Notes: a model not told the origin generated them from the letters alone. Counted from the first letter of the stretch, positions 1-9,390 are shown. The stretch is DNA of 64,000 nt from an uncultured Chloroflexia bacterium (GCA_963731995.1 CAVSXV010000013.1:121165-185164); one strand, 5' to 3'. Translations and numbers: made by a program.

Positions 1-1
1 G

Positions 2-616
2 CTGGGCACGGTCGCGTCAGTGGTCCCGGCAGCCCGGCTCTCGGACCGAGTCGGACGCAAGAGAGTCATCTGGGGATCGTGCGTGCTGGGCGTCATCGGC
101 TTGAGCCTCGTGGCTCTGGCACCGTCCGTGGCCGACGTACCGGTGGATATCCTCGCGCCCAGCGAGGGTGACGGCGTGGCCATCGGAGCGATGCTCGGCG
201 ATCTCCGCTACTACGTGGCCCTGGTCGGGGCCGTCATCTATGGCTTGTCGACCGGTGCCTTCCTCGCCGTCGACTGGGCCCTGATCACCGAGATCATCCC
301 CAAGGCCTCGTCCGGCCGCTACATGGGTATCAGCAACGTGGCCACCGCGTCGGCCGGCGTCCTCGCGCTCACCGTCGGGGGCCTGGTACTAGACCGCGTG
401 GCCGATGCCAACGGCGAAGCCGCCGGACCGGTCGCCGCGATGTGGCTCGCGGTCGTCCTCGTGGTCGTGGGTGCGGCGCTGCTTGTGCCAGTGAAGGAGC
501 GGCGGCGAGCCGATGCCGGGAGCGGTGTCGACCCCGCGGGCAGTCCCAGCGCCGTGGAGGGGTCGCGACGGGACGAAGCCGATGGAGCGCCGGCCACTGT
601 CACCGACGAGGCCTGA
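2..616 (+). CDS. MFS transporter, C-terminal part (5' end lies outside the window)
   Basis: Frame is open from base 2. MFS motif-A-like ARLSDRVGRKR followed by several hydrophobic helices; AVDWALITEIIP..GRYMGISN is typical of MFS_1 C-domains. Confidence 0.85.
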   Translation: MGTVASVVPAARLSDRVGRKRVIWGSCVLGVIGLSLVALAPSVADVPVDILAPSEGDGVAIGAMLGDLRYYVALVGAVIYGLSTGAFLAVDWALITEIIPKASSGRYMGISNVATASAGVLALTVGGLVLDRVADANGEAAGPVAAMWLAVVLVVVGAALLVPVKERRRADAGSGVDPAGSPSAVEGSRRDEADGAPATVTDEA

Positions 617-700
617 GACGCAGGGAGGCCGCCAGAGCTCTTCGCCTGGCGTTCCTGGCTGTCACGGCCTAGTGCGAGGCCGCCGCGGGCTCGTGGATCT

Positions 701-866
701 ACCCCGGCGAGACTCAGCGGGCCATCGAGGTGACTGACGCGTCAGTCCCGGCGGTCGTTCTACCCCAGCGGCGCATCGGATGACCGCTGGATGGCTGTTA
801 GAGTCCCGGTGGGGTTCATCCAGCCGCCGAGGCGCTGCCCCGATGGTCCGTCAAGTCCCCGGGGGT
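701..866. other. Intergenic rod-like inverted-repeat structure (candidate ncRNA or repeat element)
   Basis: Nested collinear complementary segments 702-707/859-864, 711-714/854-857, 718-727/841-850, 749-754/824-829, 762-767/810-815, plus perfect palindrome GACTGACGCGTCAGTC at 732-747. No credible CDS. Confidence 0.4.
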
Positions 867-1008
867 TGAGCAGGGCTGCAGCGCCGGGGGCCGGCCGGGG
901 AGCGCGACCGGCGGGGTCGACAGCCGAGGGCTCCGTGGTCGATAGTCATAGCGTCCACAGCCGCCTATCGAGTGACCACTGGACCTCGTTCTCGCCGCGG
1001 CGGTCGCG

Positions 1009-2001
1009 ATGGCCCTCGCCTTCGCCTTCACCAACGGCTTCCACGACGCCGCCAACGCCATCGCCACGCTCGTGGCCACGCGCGCGGCGAGACCGCTGCC
1101 AGCCATCCTCATGGCCTCGCTGGCGAACCTCCTTGGTCCGTTGCTGCTCGGTGCCGCGGTCGCCAACACCGTGGCCAAGATCGTGGAGGTGCCCCCGGAG
1201 CTGATGGTGCCGATCGTGGGTGCCGGGCTCACGGGTGCCGTGCTCTGGAACCTCTTCACCTGGTACCGGGGCATCCCGAGCTCATCGAGCCATGCCCTCG
1301 TGGGCGGGCTCGTCGGCGCCGCGGTGGTGGCCGAGGGTCTCGACGCGGTCGGCTGGGGCCCCGTCCAGGATGGTCACCTCGCGGGCGTCTTCGGCATCCT
1401 CATCGGCATCATCCTGGCTACGGCCCTCGGCTTCGGTGCGTCCTGGCTGCTCGAGCGGGTGGCGCTGCGCATCGCGTCGCGAGCCACCAACCGGGCCAGC
1501 GGGCCGGTGCGCGCGGCACAGTGGGCGACCTCGGCCGGGCTCGCGTTCAGCCATGGCGCAAACGACTCGCAGAAGGTGGTCGGGGTCATCGCCGCCATGC
1601 TCGTGGCGACCGGCTACATGGGTACGGTCACCGAACCCGGCCTGGGCGTCGTCCTGGCCTCCTCGCTGGCCGTGACCCTCGGAACCGCACTCGGCGGCTG
1701 GCGCATCGTGAAGACCATCGGCCAGCGCATCTACCCGCTGCACAGCGTCGATGGGCTCGTCTCCCAGACGAGCTCGGCGGGTGTCATCTTCGCCTCTTCG
1801 GTCGCCGGCCTGCCGGTGTCCACCTCCCAGGTCGTCTCATCCTCGGTCGTGGGTATCGGCGCCGGGCGTCGTCGCTGGCGTCACGTCAGCTGGGGCATCG
1901 TTCGTGAGATCGGCGTGGCCTGGTTGACGACCATGCCGGGCGCAGCCATCGTGGCGGTCCTGGCCCTGCCCCTCTGGCGCCTCCTCGCCGGCGCCTCGTG
2001 A
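1009..2001 (+). CDS. pit: Inorganic phosphate transporter, PiT family
   Basis: PiT signatures NGFHDAANAIAT and HGANDSQK, also PSSSSHALVGGLVG and PVSTSQVVSSSVVG. True start may be about 972-979 (in-frame LDLVLAAAVA upstream; possible 1-bp indel after GTG 972). Confidence 0.93.
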   Translation: MALAFAFTNGFHDAANAIATLVATRAARPLPAILMASLANLLGPLLLGAAVANTVAKIVEVPPELMVPIVGAGLTGAVLWNLFTWYRGIPSSSSHALVGGLVGAAVVAEGLDAVGWGPVQDGHLAGVFGILIGIILATALGFGASWLLERVALRIASRATNRASGPVRAAQWATSAGLAFSHGANDSQKVVGVIAAMLVATGYMGTVTEPGLGVVLASSLAVTLGTALGGWRIVKTIGQRIYPLHSVDGLVSQTSSAGVIFASSVAGLPVSTSQVVSSSVVGIGAGRRRWRHVSWGIVREIGVAWLTTMPGAAIVAVLALPLWRLLAGAS

Positions 2002-2016
2002 TCGGAGACCACTCAT

Positions 2017-2670
2017 ATGCGTAGCCCCAGGCACTGGTTCCTGCCGAAGGACACCGACTCACTCGCCGCCCTTCGCGCGCAGATGGCCATCACGGTGCAG
2101 GGCGTGGCCGCATTCATGGCTTGGGCCGGAGGCGATGCCGGAGCCGCTGAGCGAGTGCGGGCCTGTGAGCACGACGCCGACGAAGCCAAGGTCCAGGTGC
2201 GCAGTGCCGTCCGTGACGCGTTCATCACGCCCATCAGCCCCGAGGACATCTTCGTGCTCTCGGGCCACCTCGACAAGGTCCTCAACTGGTCGAAAGACAC
2301 CGTCCGCGAGAGCGAGGTCATGGCCATGCCGCCCGACGCGGCCATGGCCGAGATGGCCGACTGCATCCACGAGGGCGTCCTGCACCTCTCGCGCGCCTTC
2401 GGAGCGATCGACGTCAACCACGGCGGGGACGGCGGCCGGGCCGCGACCGAGGCCGCCGACGCGGCCACGAAGTCGGCGCGCAAGCTCGAGAAGGTCTACC
2501 GCCATGCCATGAGCGACCTGCTCCCGGTGGAGGAGCGCGAGACGGTGCTCCCCGCAGAGGTACGCGAGCTCATCGGTCGCCGCGAGCTGTACCGCCGCAT
2601 GTCGCGCATCGCCGAGGCGCTCGTCGATGTCGCCGACCGGGTCTGGTACGCCTCGGTCAAGGAGCTCTGA
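2017..2670 (+). CDS. DUF47 / PhoU-like phosphate transport regulator
   Basis: EHDADE...FITPISPEDI..L...LD motif; canonical PiT partner directly downstream. Confidence 0.88.
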   Translation: MRSPRHWFLPKDTDSLAALRAQMAITVQGVAAFMAWAGGDAGAAERVRACEHDADEAKVQVRSAVRDAFITPISPEDIFVLSGHLDKVLNWSKDTVRESEVMAMPPDAAMAEMADCIHEGVLHLSRAFGAIDVNHGGDGGRAATEAADAATKSARKLEKVYRHAMSDLLPVEERETVLPAEVRELIGRRELYRRMSRIAEALVDVADRVWYASVKEL

Positions 2671-2742
2671 GCGCGCGGGCGTCCCTCTCGCCCATCGGCA
2701 CGGTGCGAGACTTGAGGTTCAACCGCACGACCGAGGGGAAGC

Positions 2743-4122
2743 ATGGCCTACCAGACGATCATCGAGCCGTTTCGTGTCCACACCGTGCAGGCCATCGACC
2801 TGCCCGATCGCGAGGCCCGGGAGGCCGCGCTCGTCCGCGCCGGCTACAACCTGTTCGGCCTTCATGCGGACGAGGTCATCATCGACCTCCTGACCGACTC
2901 GGGCACCGGGGCCATGTCCTCGAAGCAGTGGGCCGGGATGATGCTGGGCGATGAGTCGTACGCGGGCTCACGGTCGTTCTACCGCTTCGAGGAGGTGGTC
3001 AAGGACCTCACCGGCTACGCGGAGATCATCCCCACGCACCAGGGTCGAGCGGCCGAGAAGATCCTCTTCACCGTGGCCGTGAACGAAGGCGACGCGGTAC
3101 CCAACAACACCCACTTCGATACGACCCGCGCGAACGTCGAGTATCGGGGCGCGACCGCGGTCGACTGCGTCTGCGCGGAGGGCCGGGACCCATCGCTCGA
3201 GGCACCGTTCAAGGGCGACGTGGACATCGAGGCCCTGCGCGCGACCATCGAACGGCACGGGGTCGAGCAGGTACCGCTGGTGATGGTCACCGTCACCAAC
3301 AACTCGGGCGGCGGGCAGCCGGTGTCGATGGCCAACCTGCGGGCGGTGCGAGCGGTCTGCGACGAGTACGGCATCCCCATGTTCCTCGATGCCTGCCGCT
3401 TCGCCGAGAACGCCTGGTTCATCAGGATGCGCGAAGCGGGCTATGCGGACAAGTCGCCCAAGGCCATCGCCCAGGAGATGTTCTCGATCGCCGACGGCTG
3501 CACCATGAGCGCCAAGAAGGACGGCCTCGCCAACATCGGCGGCTTCCTCGCGCTCAACGACCGTGGCTGGGCGCTGCAGGCACGCAACCTGCTCATCCTC
3601 ACCGAGGGTTTCCCGACCTACGGCGGCCTGGCCGGCTACGATCTCGAAGCCATCGCCACGGGCCTCGAGGAGGTGCTCGACGAGAAGTACCTGCACTACC
3701 GCATCCGCTCGACCGAGTACCTTGCCGACACCGTCCACCAGGCCGGTATCCCGACCGTGCGACCGGCTGGCGGTCACGCGGTGTATCTCGATGCGGCCGC
3801 GCTACTGCCCCACATCCCCGCGCACGAGTACCCGGCACAAGCCCTGGCCATCGAGCTCTATCGCGCGGGCGGCGTGCGCGGTGTCGAGATCGGTACGGTC
3901 ATGTTCGGGCGAGTCCGTGAGGGGCAGCCCGATGAGCCCGCGGCCATGGAGCTGGTGCGCCTGGCCATCCCGCGACGCTTGTACACCCAGAGCCACATCG
4001 ACTACGTCGGTGAGGTCGTCATCGACGTGGCCTCGCGGGCGTCCGAGATGCGCGGCTACCGCATCGTCGAGCAGGCGCCGTGGCTACGCCACTTCACCGC
4101 TCGCCTGGAGCCGCTCGGCTAG
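2743..4122 (+). CDS. tnaA: Tryptophanase (beta-eliminating lyase, PLP-dependent)
   Basis: IDLLTDSGT, PTHQGRAAE, DACRFAEN, PLP-lysine motif SAKKD, EGFPTYGGL. SAKKD and C-terminal LRHFTARL favour tryptophanase over tyrosine phenol-lyase (SGKKD, LRFFTARF). Confidence 0.88.
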   Translation: MAYQTIIEPFRVHTVQAIDLPDREAREAALVRAGYNLFGLHADEVIIDLLTDSGTGAMSSKQWAGMMLGDESYAGSRSFYRFEEVVKDLTGYAEIIPTHQGRAAEKILFTVAVNEGDAVPNNTHFDTTRANVEYRGATAVDCVCAEGRDPSLEAPFKGDVDIEALRATIERHGVEQVPLVMVTVTNNSGGGQPVSMANLRAVRAVCDEYGIPMFLDACRFAENAWFIRMREAGYADKSPKAIAQEMFSIADGCTMSAKKDGLANIGGFLALNDRGWALQARNLLILTEGFPTYGGLAGYDLEAIATGLEEVLDEKYLHYRIRSTEYLADTVHQAGIPTVRPAGGHAVYLDAAALLPHIPAHEYPAQALAIELYRAGGVRGVEIGTVMFGRVREGQPDEPAAMELVRLAIPRRLYTQSHIDYVGEVVIDVASRASEMRGYRIVEQAPWLRHFTARLEPLG

Positions 4123-5303
4123 GGCAGCGCCGCGATCGCCTCTTCGACCAGGTCACGCTCACCGAGCGGGTCGCTGATGACCCAGATGGTGTCCGCGCTG
4201 CCGAAGATGTACTGGAGCGACCCACCGTAGTCGAGCACGGTGACGTTCTTTCCGGCGATCTCCTCGTCGCTGAAGGCGACGCCCTCCAGCAGCGAGGCCA
4301 CCGGGTCGACCTCAGGGACAGCCTCGGACTCGGGATCGACCGAGACCTCCGGGGGGCGGACGAGGAAGACCTCGTCGAGCAGTCGCTGGGTCAGCTCCTC
4401 GCCGCCCTCGGGCAGTCGGTAGCCCTCGATCTGGATGCCATCCTGGGCAGCCTCGAGACCCCACCAGGCGATGACGCCCAGCATCTGCGAAGGCGCGATG
4501 CCGGCCTCCAGATAGAGGTCCAGCAGCCACGCCTCGATGTTGTCGCCGAGGCGCTCGCCGAGCGTCGGCAGGAAGAGCGGTTCGGTCGACTCGTAGAGAC
4601 CGATGCGGCGCTGACCGCCGAGCGCGAGAGGCACATCGGTGTACAGCGAGTCGGCGGAGCTCAGCCCCACCGGATCGGCGTCGGGCAGCTGGCTGAGGGC
4701 GTCCCACACGTAGTCGTTGTCGCCCTGGATGAACCAGGCCGTGTCGTCCTTGAGGTACACGGTGCGGGGATAGACTCCGGGCATCGTGGTGTCGGTCACC
4801 CGCAGCGTCCACTTCGTGCCCAGCGGGCGCATGACCAGGCCGGGCTCCATGACGTCAGCCACGAGCACGTCCACCGCGTCCCCGACCCACTCGCGGGCAT
4901 CGGTGCCGGCGATGCGCAGCGCCAGCACGACAGCGGCTTCACCCTCGACCGGCTCGTAGAGCGCGGACTTGACGGTCACGTCGTCGAGGCTGGCCCCGAC
5001 CGAATCGAGCAGCTCCCCGGTGGCCGCGACGAAGTCGGGGTCCTCGCCCGAGAACTGATCGAGCCACTCCGTGCCGCTGTAGGTCTGGGCCGCCAGCAGC
5101 TGGCCGCCGAGCATCACCGGGAAGGCGATGCCCTCTGCTTCTACCTGGGTGACCTCCGAAGCCGCCATCGTCTCCTCGGCAGCCGGGCTCTGCTCGGCAT
5201 CCTGGGCCGTGGCCGGAAGCGGCAGCACCAGCGCCGACGCGGCGACGAGCGCGATGACCAGGGGCCGGCCGCGAACGCTGCGCGTGGTGTTCGAGATCTG
5301 CAA
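4119..5303 (-). CDS. Secreted hypothetical protein with two-fold internal repeat
   Basis: Likely TTG start at 5303 after GAGGAGG RBS; signal peptide ending PATAQD; acidic mature region; two units each running from P..LGGQ to DT.W.I...ALxxLP. Confidence 0.7.
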   Translation of the reverse strand: MQISNTTRSVRGRPLVIALVAASALVLPLPATAQDAEQSPAAEETMAASEVTQVEAEGIAFPVMLGGQLLAAQTYSGTEWLDQFSGEDPDFVAATGELLDSVGASLDDVTVKSALYEPVEGEAAVVLALRIAGTDAREWVGDAVDVLVADVMEPGLVMRPLGTKWTLRVTDTTMPGVYPRTVYLKDDTAWFIQGDNDYVWDALSQLPDADPVGLSSADSLYTDVPLALGGQRRIGLYESTEPLFLPTLGERLGDNIEAWLLDLYLEAGIAPSQMLGVIAWWGLEAAQDGIQIEGYRLPEGGEELTQRLLDEVFLVRPPEVSVDPESEAVPEVDPVASLLEGVAFSDEEIAGKNVTVLDYGGSLQYIFGSADTIWVISDPLGERDLVEEAIAALP

Positions 5304-5420
5304 GATGTCCTCCTCGGGGGGCCGGTCCAAGCACGGCGAATCGGCTGACGATGTGGTCAATGTACCCCCGCTGGCGTCATTCGTGGCGCAGCGGGGGTCA
5401 GGGCCATGTAAGGGTCTCGA

Positions 5421-6836
5421 TCAGGAGGTGGCCGGCGAGGTCGCGCGATAGGGGCGCGGGAGGCTCGGCGCGCCGTTGCTATCGGTGCCGAGCCGCGCCA
5501 GCAGCATCTTGGGATCGCACTCCTCCCCGGGTTCCGCGTCGGGGCAGAGCTCGAAGGCTTCGTAGTCCTCCCACGTGGCCGTGGGGTACTTGAGCGTCTT
5601 GCTCGGCTTGGGCTTGGGCGTGGGCTTGGGCGTGGGTGTCGCCTTGGCGTCCCTGATCGCGCGGTCCTTCTCAGCCTGGCCGGCCTTGGTCGTGGTCTTG
5701 TCGACCCGGATCACGCCGGCCGGCAGGAAGAGCTCGGGATTGACGTCGCTACCGTTCCGCAGCAGCTCGAAATGCAGATGGGTGCCCGTAGACTTGCCGG
5801 TGCTGCCCATCTTGCCGATCACCTGGCCGGTGTGGACGAGGTCACCAGCCCGCACGTGGTTGGTGGCGATGAGGTGCCCGTAGCGCGAGACGAAACCGTC
5901 GGGGTGGACGACGTCGACGACGTACGCGCGTCCCTCCTTGTCGTACGGGTTCCAGCCGCTGTAGGCCACCACGCCGACCGCCACCGCGCGGATCGGCGTG
6001 CCGTACGCGCTGACCACGTCGATGCCGTCGTGGAAGTGCTTGCACGAGCCCTTGCGTGGATTGAGATGGAACCCGGTGCAGCCATACCCCTGCACGATCC
6101 GTCCGGTCGTGGGCCACGAGAAGGCCTCCGAGTTACTGCTCAAACCGACCGTGGCTTGCTCTTCGGCCTTGATGCGCGCCAGCTCCGTCATCTGCTTGAT
6201 GAGCACGGAGACCGAGCCCTCGGCCCCGCTTCGCCGGGCGATGATCGCCTTGCGCTGGCGGTCGACGTTCTGGACCTGCGACCGCTTGGAACGGAGCACT
6301 CGCGTCTGCGCCTGCATCTGCTTGATCAGGTTCGCCCGGCGGGCCTCGGCGACGCGGACCTCGCCGCGCACCGTCCGGAGTCGCTCCCGGTAGATGTCGG
6401 GGTAGGGGGCGTCATTGGGGCTGGCGTACTGGGTTTCGAGACGCGTGAGGCGCGAGGTGCGTTCCACGAGCACGGCCTTGGCGGCAGCGACGGCCGCCTT
6501 GATCTTGTTGCGTTCCCGCTCGGCGCGCTTGGCCTCCTGGTTGAGCGCCTTGCGCTGGGCCGCAAGACGATCGACCTGGGCATCGAGCGCGCGCATCGAG
6601 CGCTCTGCGCTGGCCTGGGCAGCACGGATGCTCACGATCCGGGCGTTGACATCCTGGGCGAAGGCTGGCTCAGCCGTCACGACGATGGAGGCGGACGCCA
6701 GTGCCAGGGCGCACAGCAGCACCACCAGACGCATCGACGTCCTGGTCCACGCCAGGGGATCGGCCAGGGGCACCGCTCTCCGTTCCATCGTTACTTCTTC
6801 CGGGACGACCGCCGCCATGGGCAGTGACAGGCGCAC
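5421..6836 (-). CDS. M23 family peptidase with N-terminal coiled coil (murein hydrolase)
   Basis: Signal or TM segment, long basic coiled coil, Zn ligands HDGID and HLH (GSTGKSTGTHLHFE), PTPKP linker. Start codon uncertain. Confidence 0.88.
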   Translation of the reverse strand: MRLSLPMAAVVPEEVTMERRAVPLADPLAWTRTSMRLVVLLCALALASASIVVTAEPAFAQDVNARIVSIRAAQASAERSMRALDAQVDRLAAQRKALNQEAKRAERERNKIKAAVAAAKAVLVERTSRLTRLETQYASPNDAPYPDIYRERLRTVRGEVRVAEARRANLIKQMQAQTRVLRSKRSQVQNVDRQRKAIIARRSGAEGSVSVLIKQMTELARIKAEEQATVGLSSNSEAFSWPTTGRIVQGYGCTGFHLNPRKGSCKHFHDGIDVVSAYGTPIRAVAVGVVAYSGWNPYDKEGRAYVVDVVHPDGFVSRYGHLIATNHVRAGDLVHTGQVIGKMGSTGKSTGTHLHFELLRNGSDVNPELFLPAGVIRVDKTTTKAGQAEKDRAIRDAKATPTPKPTPKPKPSKTLKYPTATWEDYEAFELCPDAEPGEECDPKMLLARLGTDSNGAPSLPRPYRATSPATS

Positions 6837-6934
6837 GGGCTCATCCGAGGGAAACGAATGGTAGCGGTCGCCCTGGAACTTGTGGACTAGTCATATGTGC
6901 AGCGTCACCGGTACTGACGAGCTAAGCACTTCTG

Positions 6935-7246
6935 CTAGGTCAGGACCTCCAGCAACCATACGCTTGCCATGCCCGCGAGCAGGGTCCATCCGAACGACCT
7001 GGTGCGCCACGCCACCACCGCTGCGATGGCGCCAGCGAGATACCAGCTACCGATGGGCCGGAACTGCCCGGCGTCGAGGAAGAGCGTCTGGGCCACCAGG
7101 CCGGCCAACACCGCCGGGGCCACCAGGCTGAGTGCCTGCTCCACACGTGGTGAGATGGAGGCATCGGCCAGGAGCGTGACCATCGAGGCGCGCATCGCGA
7201 GCGTGCCCGCGGCCACGAGCAGCACGATCGCGAGATCAGCCGTCAT
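6935..7246 (-). CDS. azlD: AzlD-family branched-chain amino acid exporter, small subunit
   Basis: 103-aa hydrophobic protein with GTLAMR...APAVLAGLV...AWRTRS pattern, overlapping azlC. Confidence 0.8.
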   Translation of the reverse strand: MTADLAIVLLVAAGTLAMRASMVTLLADASISPRVEQALSLVAPAVLAGLVAQTLFLDAGQFRPIGSWYLAGAIAAVVAWRTRSFGWTLLAGMASVWLLEVLT

Positions 7247-7985
7247 CGCGCACGTCCGACTCGCCCTCCGGGACGTCCCCGACCGAGCTGGCCGGGGCGC
7301 GGGTCTTGGCCAGCATGCCGAAGGCGATCCCGGCGGCGGCGCCGATGAGCAGGCCGGAATTCATGGGGGCGTCCTTGGCGATCAGCGTCACCGAGAAGCC
7401 CACCGCCGCGGCGATGAGCGCCGCTCGGTCACGGATCGAGGGCACGGCCAGGGCGATGAACATCAGGGGCGCCGCGAAGCCGACCTGCAGCTGCGCCGGG
7501 ATCGTGGCGCCGATGACCACACCGATGGTGGTGCCGATCCACCACGAGACAGCGAAGCTGGCCCCGGCTCCGAGGTAGTAGGCGAAGCGCTTCGCTGGCT
7601 CCCGCTCGGTCTGGTCGTAGAGCAGCGAGGTGACCGTAGCCTGGTCGGTCATGAAGTGCGCGAGCGGGATCCGCCAACGCCCGGGGAACTCCGAGAACGA
7701 TGGCGCCAAGGCGCCCGAATACATCATGAAGCGGGCGTTGATGACGAGCGCCGTGCCGACCACGATGAACCACGGCGCACCCTGGTCGATGAGGTCGCTG
7801 ACGGCCAGCTGGGCCGCGCCCGCGAGCACGATGAACGAGGCCAGCCAGCCCACGAAGTCGTCCATCGAGGACTCGACCACGGTCACGCCGTAGGCGAGGC
7901 CGAAGGGAAAGGCGCCGATCGAGAGCGGCAGGATGGCCCGTGCGCCATCGCGCATGGAGGCGACGAGGAACCAGCTGCGGCTCAC
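7236..7985 (-). CDS. azlC: AzlC-family branched-chain amino acid exporter permease
   Basis: PFGLAYG, SFIVLAGAAQL, INARFMMYS and MTDQ motifs. Confidence 0.88.
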   Translation of the reverse strand: MSRSWFLVASMRDGARAILPLSIGAFPFGLAYGVTVVESSMDDFVGWLASFIVLAGAAQLAVSDLIDQGAPWFIVVGTALVINARFMMYSGALAPSFSEFPGRWRIPLAHFMTDQATVTSLLYDQTEREPAKRFAYYLGAGASFAVSWWIGTTIGVVIGATIPAQLQVGFAAPLMFIALAVPSIRDRAALIAAAVGFSVTLIAKDAPMNSGLLIGAAAGIAFGMLAKTRAPASSVGDVPEGESDVRDDG

Positions 7986-8087
7986 CGCAGCGGCCGATGC
8001 ATCAGGTCGTAGCTCACGGTCGTGCCATCAGGCGGTCGGCGCCTCTGGCAAGGGCGGCGGCCGACGTCGGCGATCACCGCCGCCTCC

Positions 8088-8414
8088 CTAGTGAACCAGG
8101 TGCGGACCCAAGTCGGAGGTGTGCTCGGGCGAGTCCTGGTCGAAGTCATGGCCGATGCGTTCAGCGGTGCGATGGATGGCCTCGTCGATCTCGAGGAACT
8201 CGGCGAGGCCGCCGAAGTTCGCGTGCCAGTCGAGGAGCTCATGGAAGGCCTCATGGGTGACCGCGTCGCGGAGGCCGGCCACCTGCAGCTCGACGAGTAC
8301 ATCCTCGTCCACTCCCTCGCCGGTCAGGACCAGTGAGATCGCCGATTCGAGCGGCTCACCCTGGTCGAGGCGGCGGATGATCTCGCGGGCCAGCTCGCTC
8401 ACCGTCTTGGCCAT
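8088..8414 (-). CDS. Hypothetical small acidic protein (108 aa)
   Basis: ATG at 8414 preceded by GGAGGTGG RBS; protein-like composition MAKTVSELAREIIRRLDQGEPLE; fills the gap between aztA and azlC. Confidence 0.65.
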   Translation of the reverse strand: MAKTVSELAREIIRRLDQGEPLESAISLVLTGEGVDEDVLVELQVAGLRDAVTHEAFHELLDWHANFGGLAEFLEIDEAIHRTAERIGHDFDQDSPEHTSDLGPHLVH

Positions 8415-8505
8415 GCGCCACCTCCGTTGATGTCCCCTCCGGAGCACGTTCGTCGTGCTCAACACGTCAGGCGGCTAGCGTAGACCACCTTCCGGGTCGG
8501 CTTCG

Positions 8506-9390
8506 TCAGCCGTCCGCATCGTCTCCCTCGTCGTCGTGGCGGCGAGTATCGATCGTCTGCGGGCTGCCGTGCGCGACCTCCGCCACCGTGAACCGACCGG
8601 CGTGCTCCTCGTGCGGGTCGGAGATGACGATACCGAAGGTCTCCATCAGCTGATCGGGCGTCAGCACGTCGCGACCGGTTCCCAGCGCCACCACCCTTCG
8701 GGCAAGCAAGAGGACCTGGTCGTACTCGACGGCCTCCGCGATATCGTGGGTGGCGGTGACCATGGCCGCGCCCCGCCGCAGCTCGGCCGCGAAGGCGTCC
8801 AGGTACAGCTCCCGGCCGCCCGCGTCGATGCCCGCTGTGGGCTCATCGACCACGATGAGGTCCGCCTCACGTGCGAGCACCTGCGCGAGATACACGCGCT
8901 GCAGCTGGCCGCCGGAAAGACTGCGCATCGGCGCCCGTGCGAGGTGACTGATGCCCATGCGTGCCATGCCGGCCTCCACGAGCTCGTTGTCGCGTGCGCC
9001 CGTGCGACCGAACAACCCGAGCGACGGGTACCTGGCCATGCGCACCACGTCGATGACACGGATGGGCAGGATGTAGCCCGTGGCGTGGAACTGGGAGTGA
9101 TAGGCGATGCGGCGCGGCGCCTTGCCTGGGGGGCTCCCGAGGACCTGCAGCGAACCGCCGACGGGCGGCAGCAGGCCGACCAGGGTCTTGATCAGCGTGG
9201 ACTTGCCCGAGCCGTTGGTGCCGACCAGGGCCAGCGAGCCCCCGGGTCGCAGGGTGAGGTCCATACCGCGCACCACGACGTCGCCGCCGTAGCCCACGTC
9301 GAGCTCGCGTGCCCTGATGGCCAGGTCGTTCGCATCGGCCGCCTCGCGGACGGTGGCCGGGGCAAGGCGGCCGGCAAGTCGGGCCGTCAC
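8506..9390 (-). CDS. aztA: Zinc/manganese ABC transporter ATP-binding protein (AztA/ZnuC-like)
   Basis: Walker A GTNGSGKS, signature LSGGQ, Walker B VVDEP, H-loop THD; coupled to the permease. Confidence 0.88.
   Translation of the reverse strand: MTARLAGRLAPATVREAADANDLAIRARELDVGYGGDVVVRGMDLTLRPGGSLALVGTNGSGKSTLIKTLVGLLPPVGGSLQVLGSPPGKAPRRIAYHSQFHATGYILPIRVIDVVRMARYPSLGLFGRTGARDNELVEAGMARMGISHLARAPMRSLSGGQLQRVYLAQVLAREADLIVVDEPTAGIDAGGRELYLDAFAAELRRGAAMVTATHDIAEAVEYDQVLLLARRVVALGTGRDVLTPDQLMETFGIVISDPHEEHAGRFTVAEVAHGSPQTIDTRRHDDEGDDADG

Noticed and set aside
6790-6935. Possible c-di-AMP (ydaO) riboswitch upstream of the M23 peptidase
   Set aside because: Context fits, but I cannot find the conserved GCTGAATCC/GGGGA elements; it looks like an ordinary AT-richer promoter.
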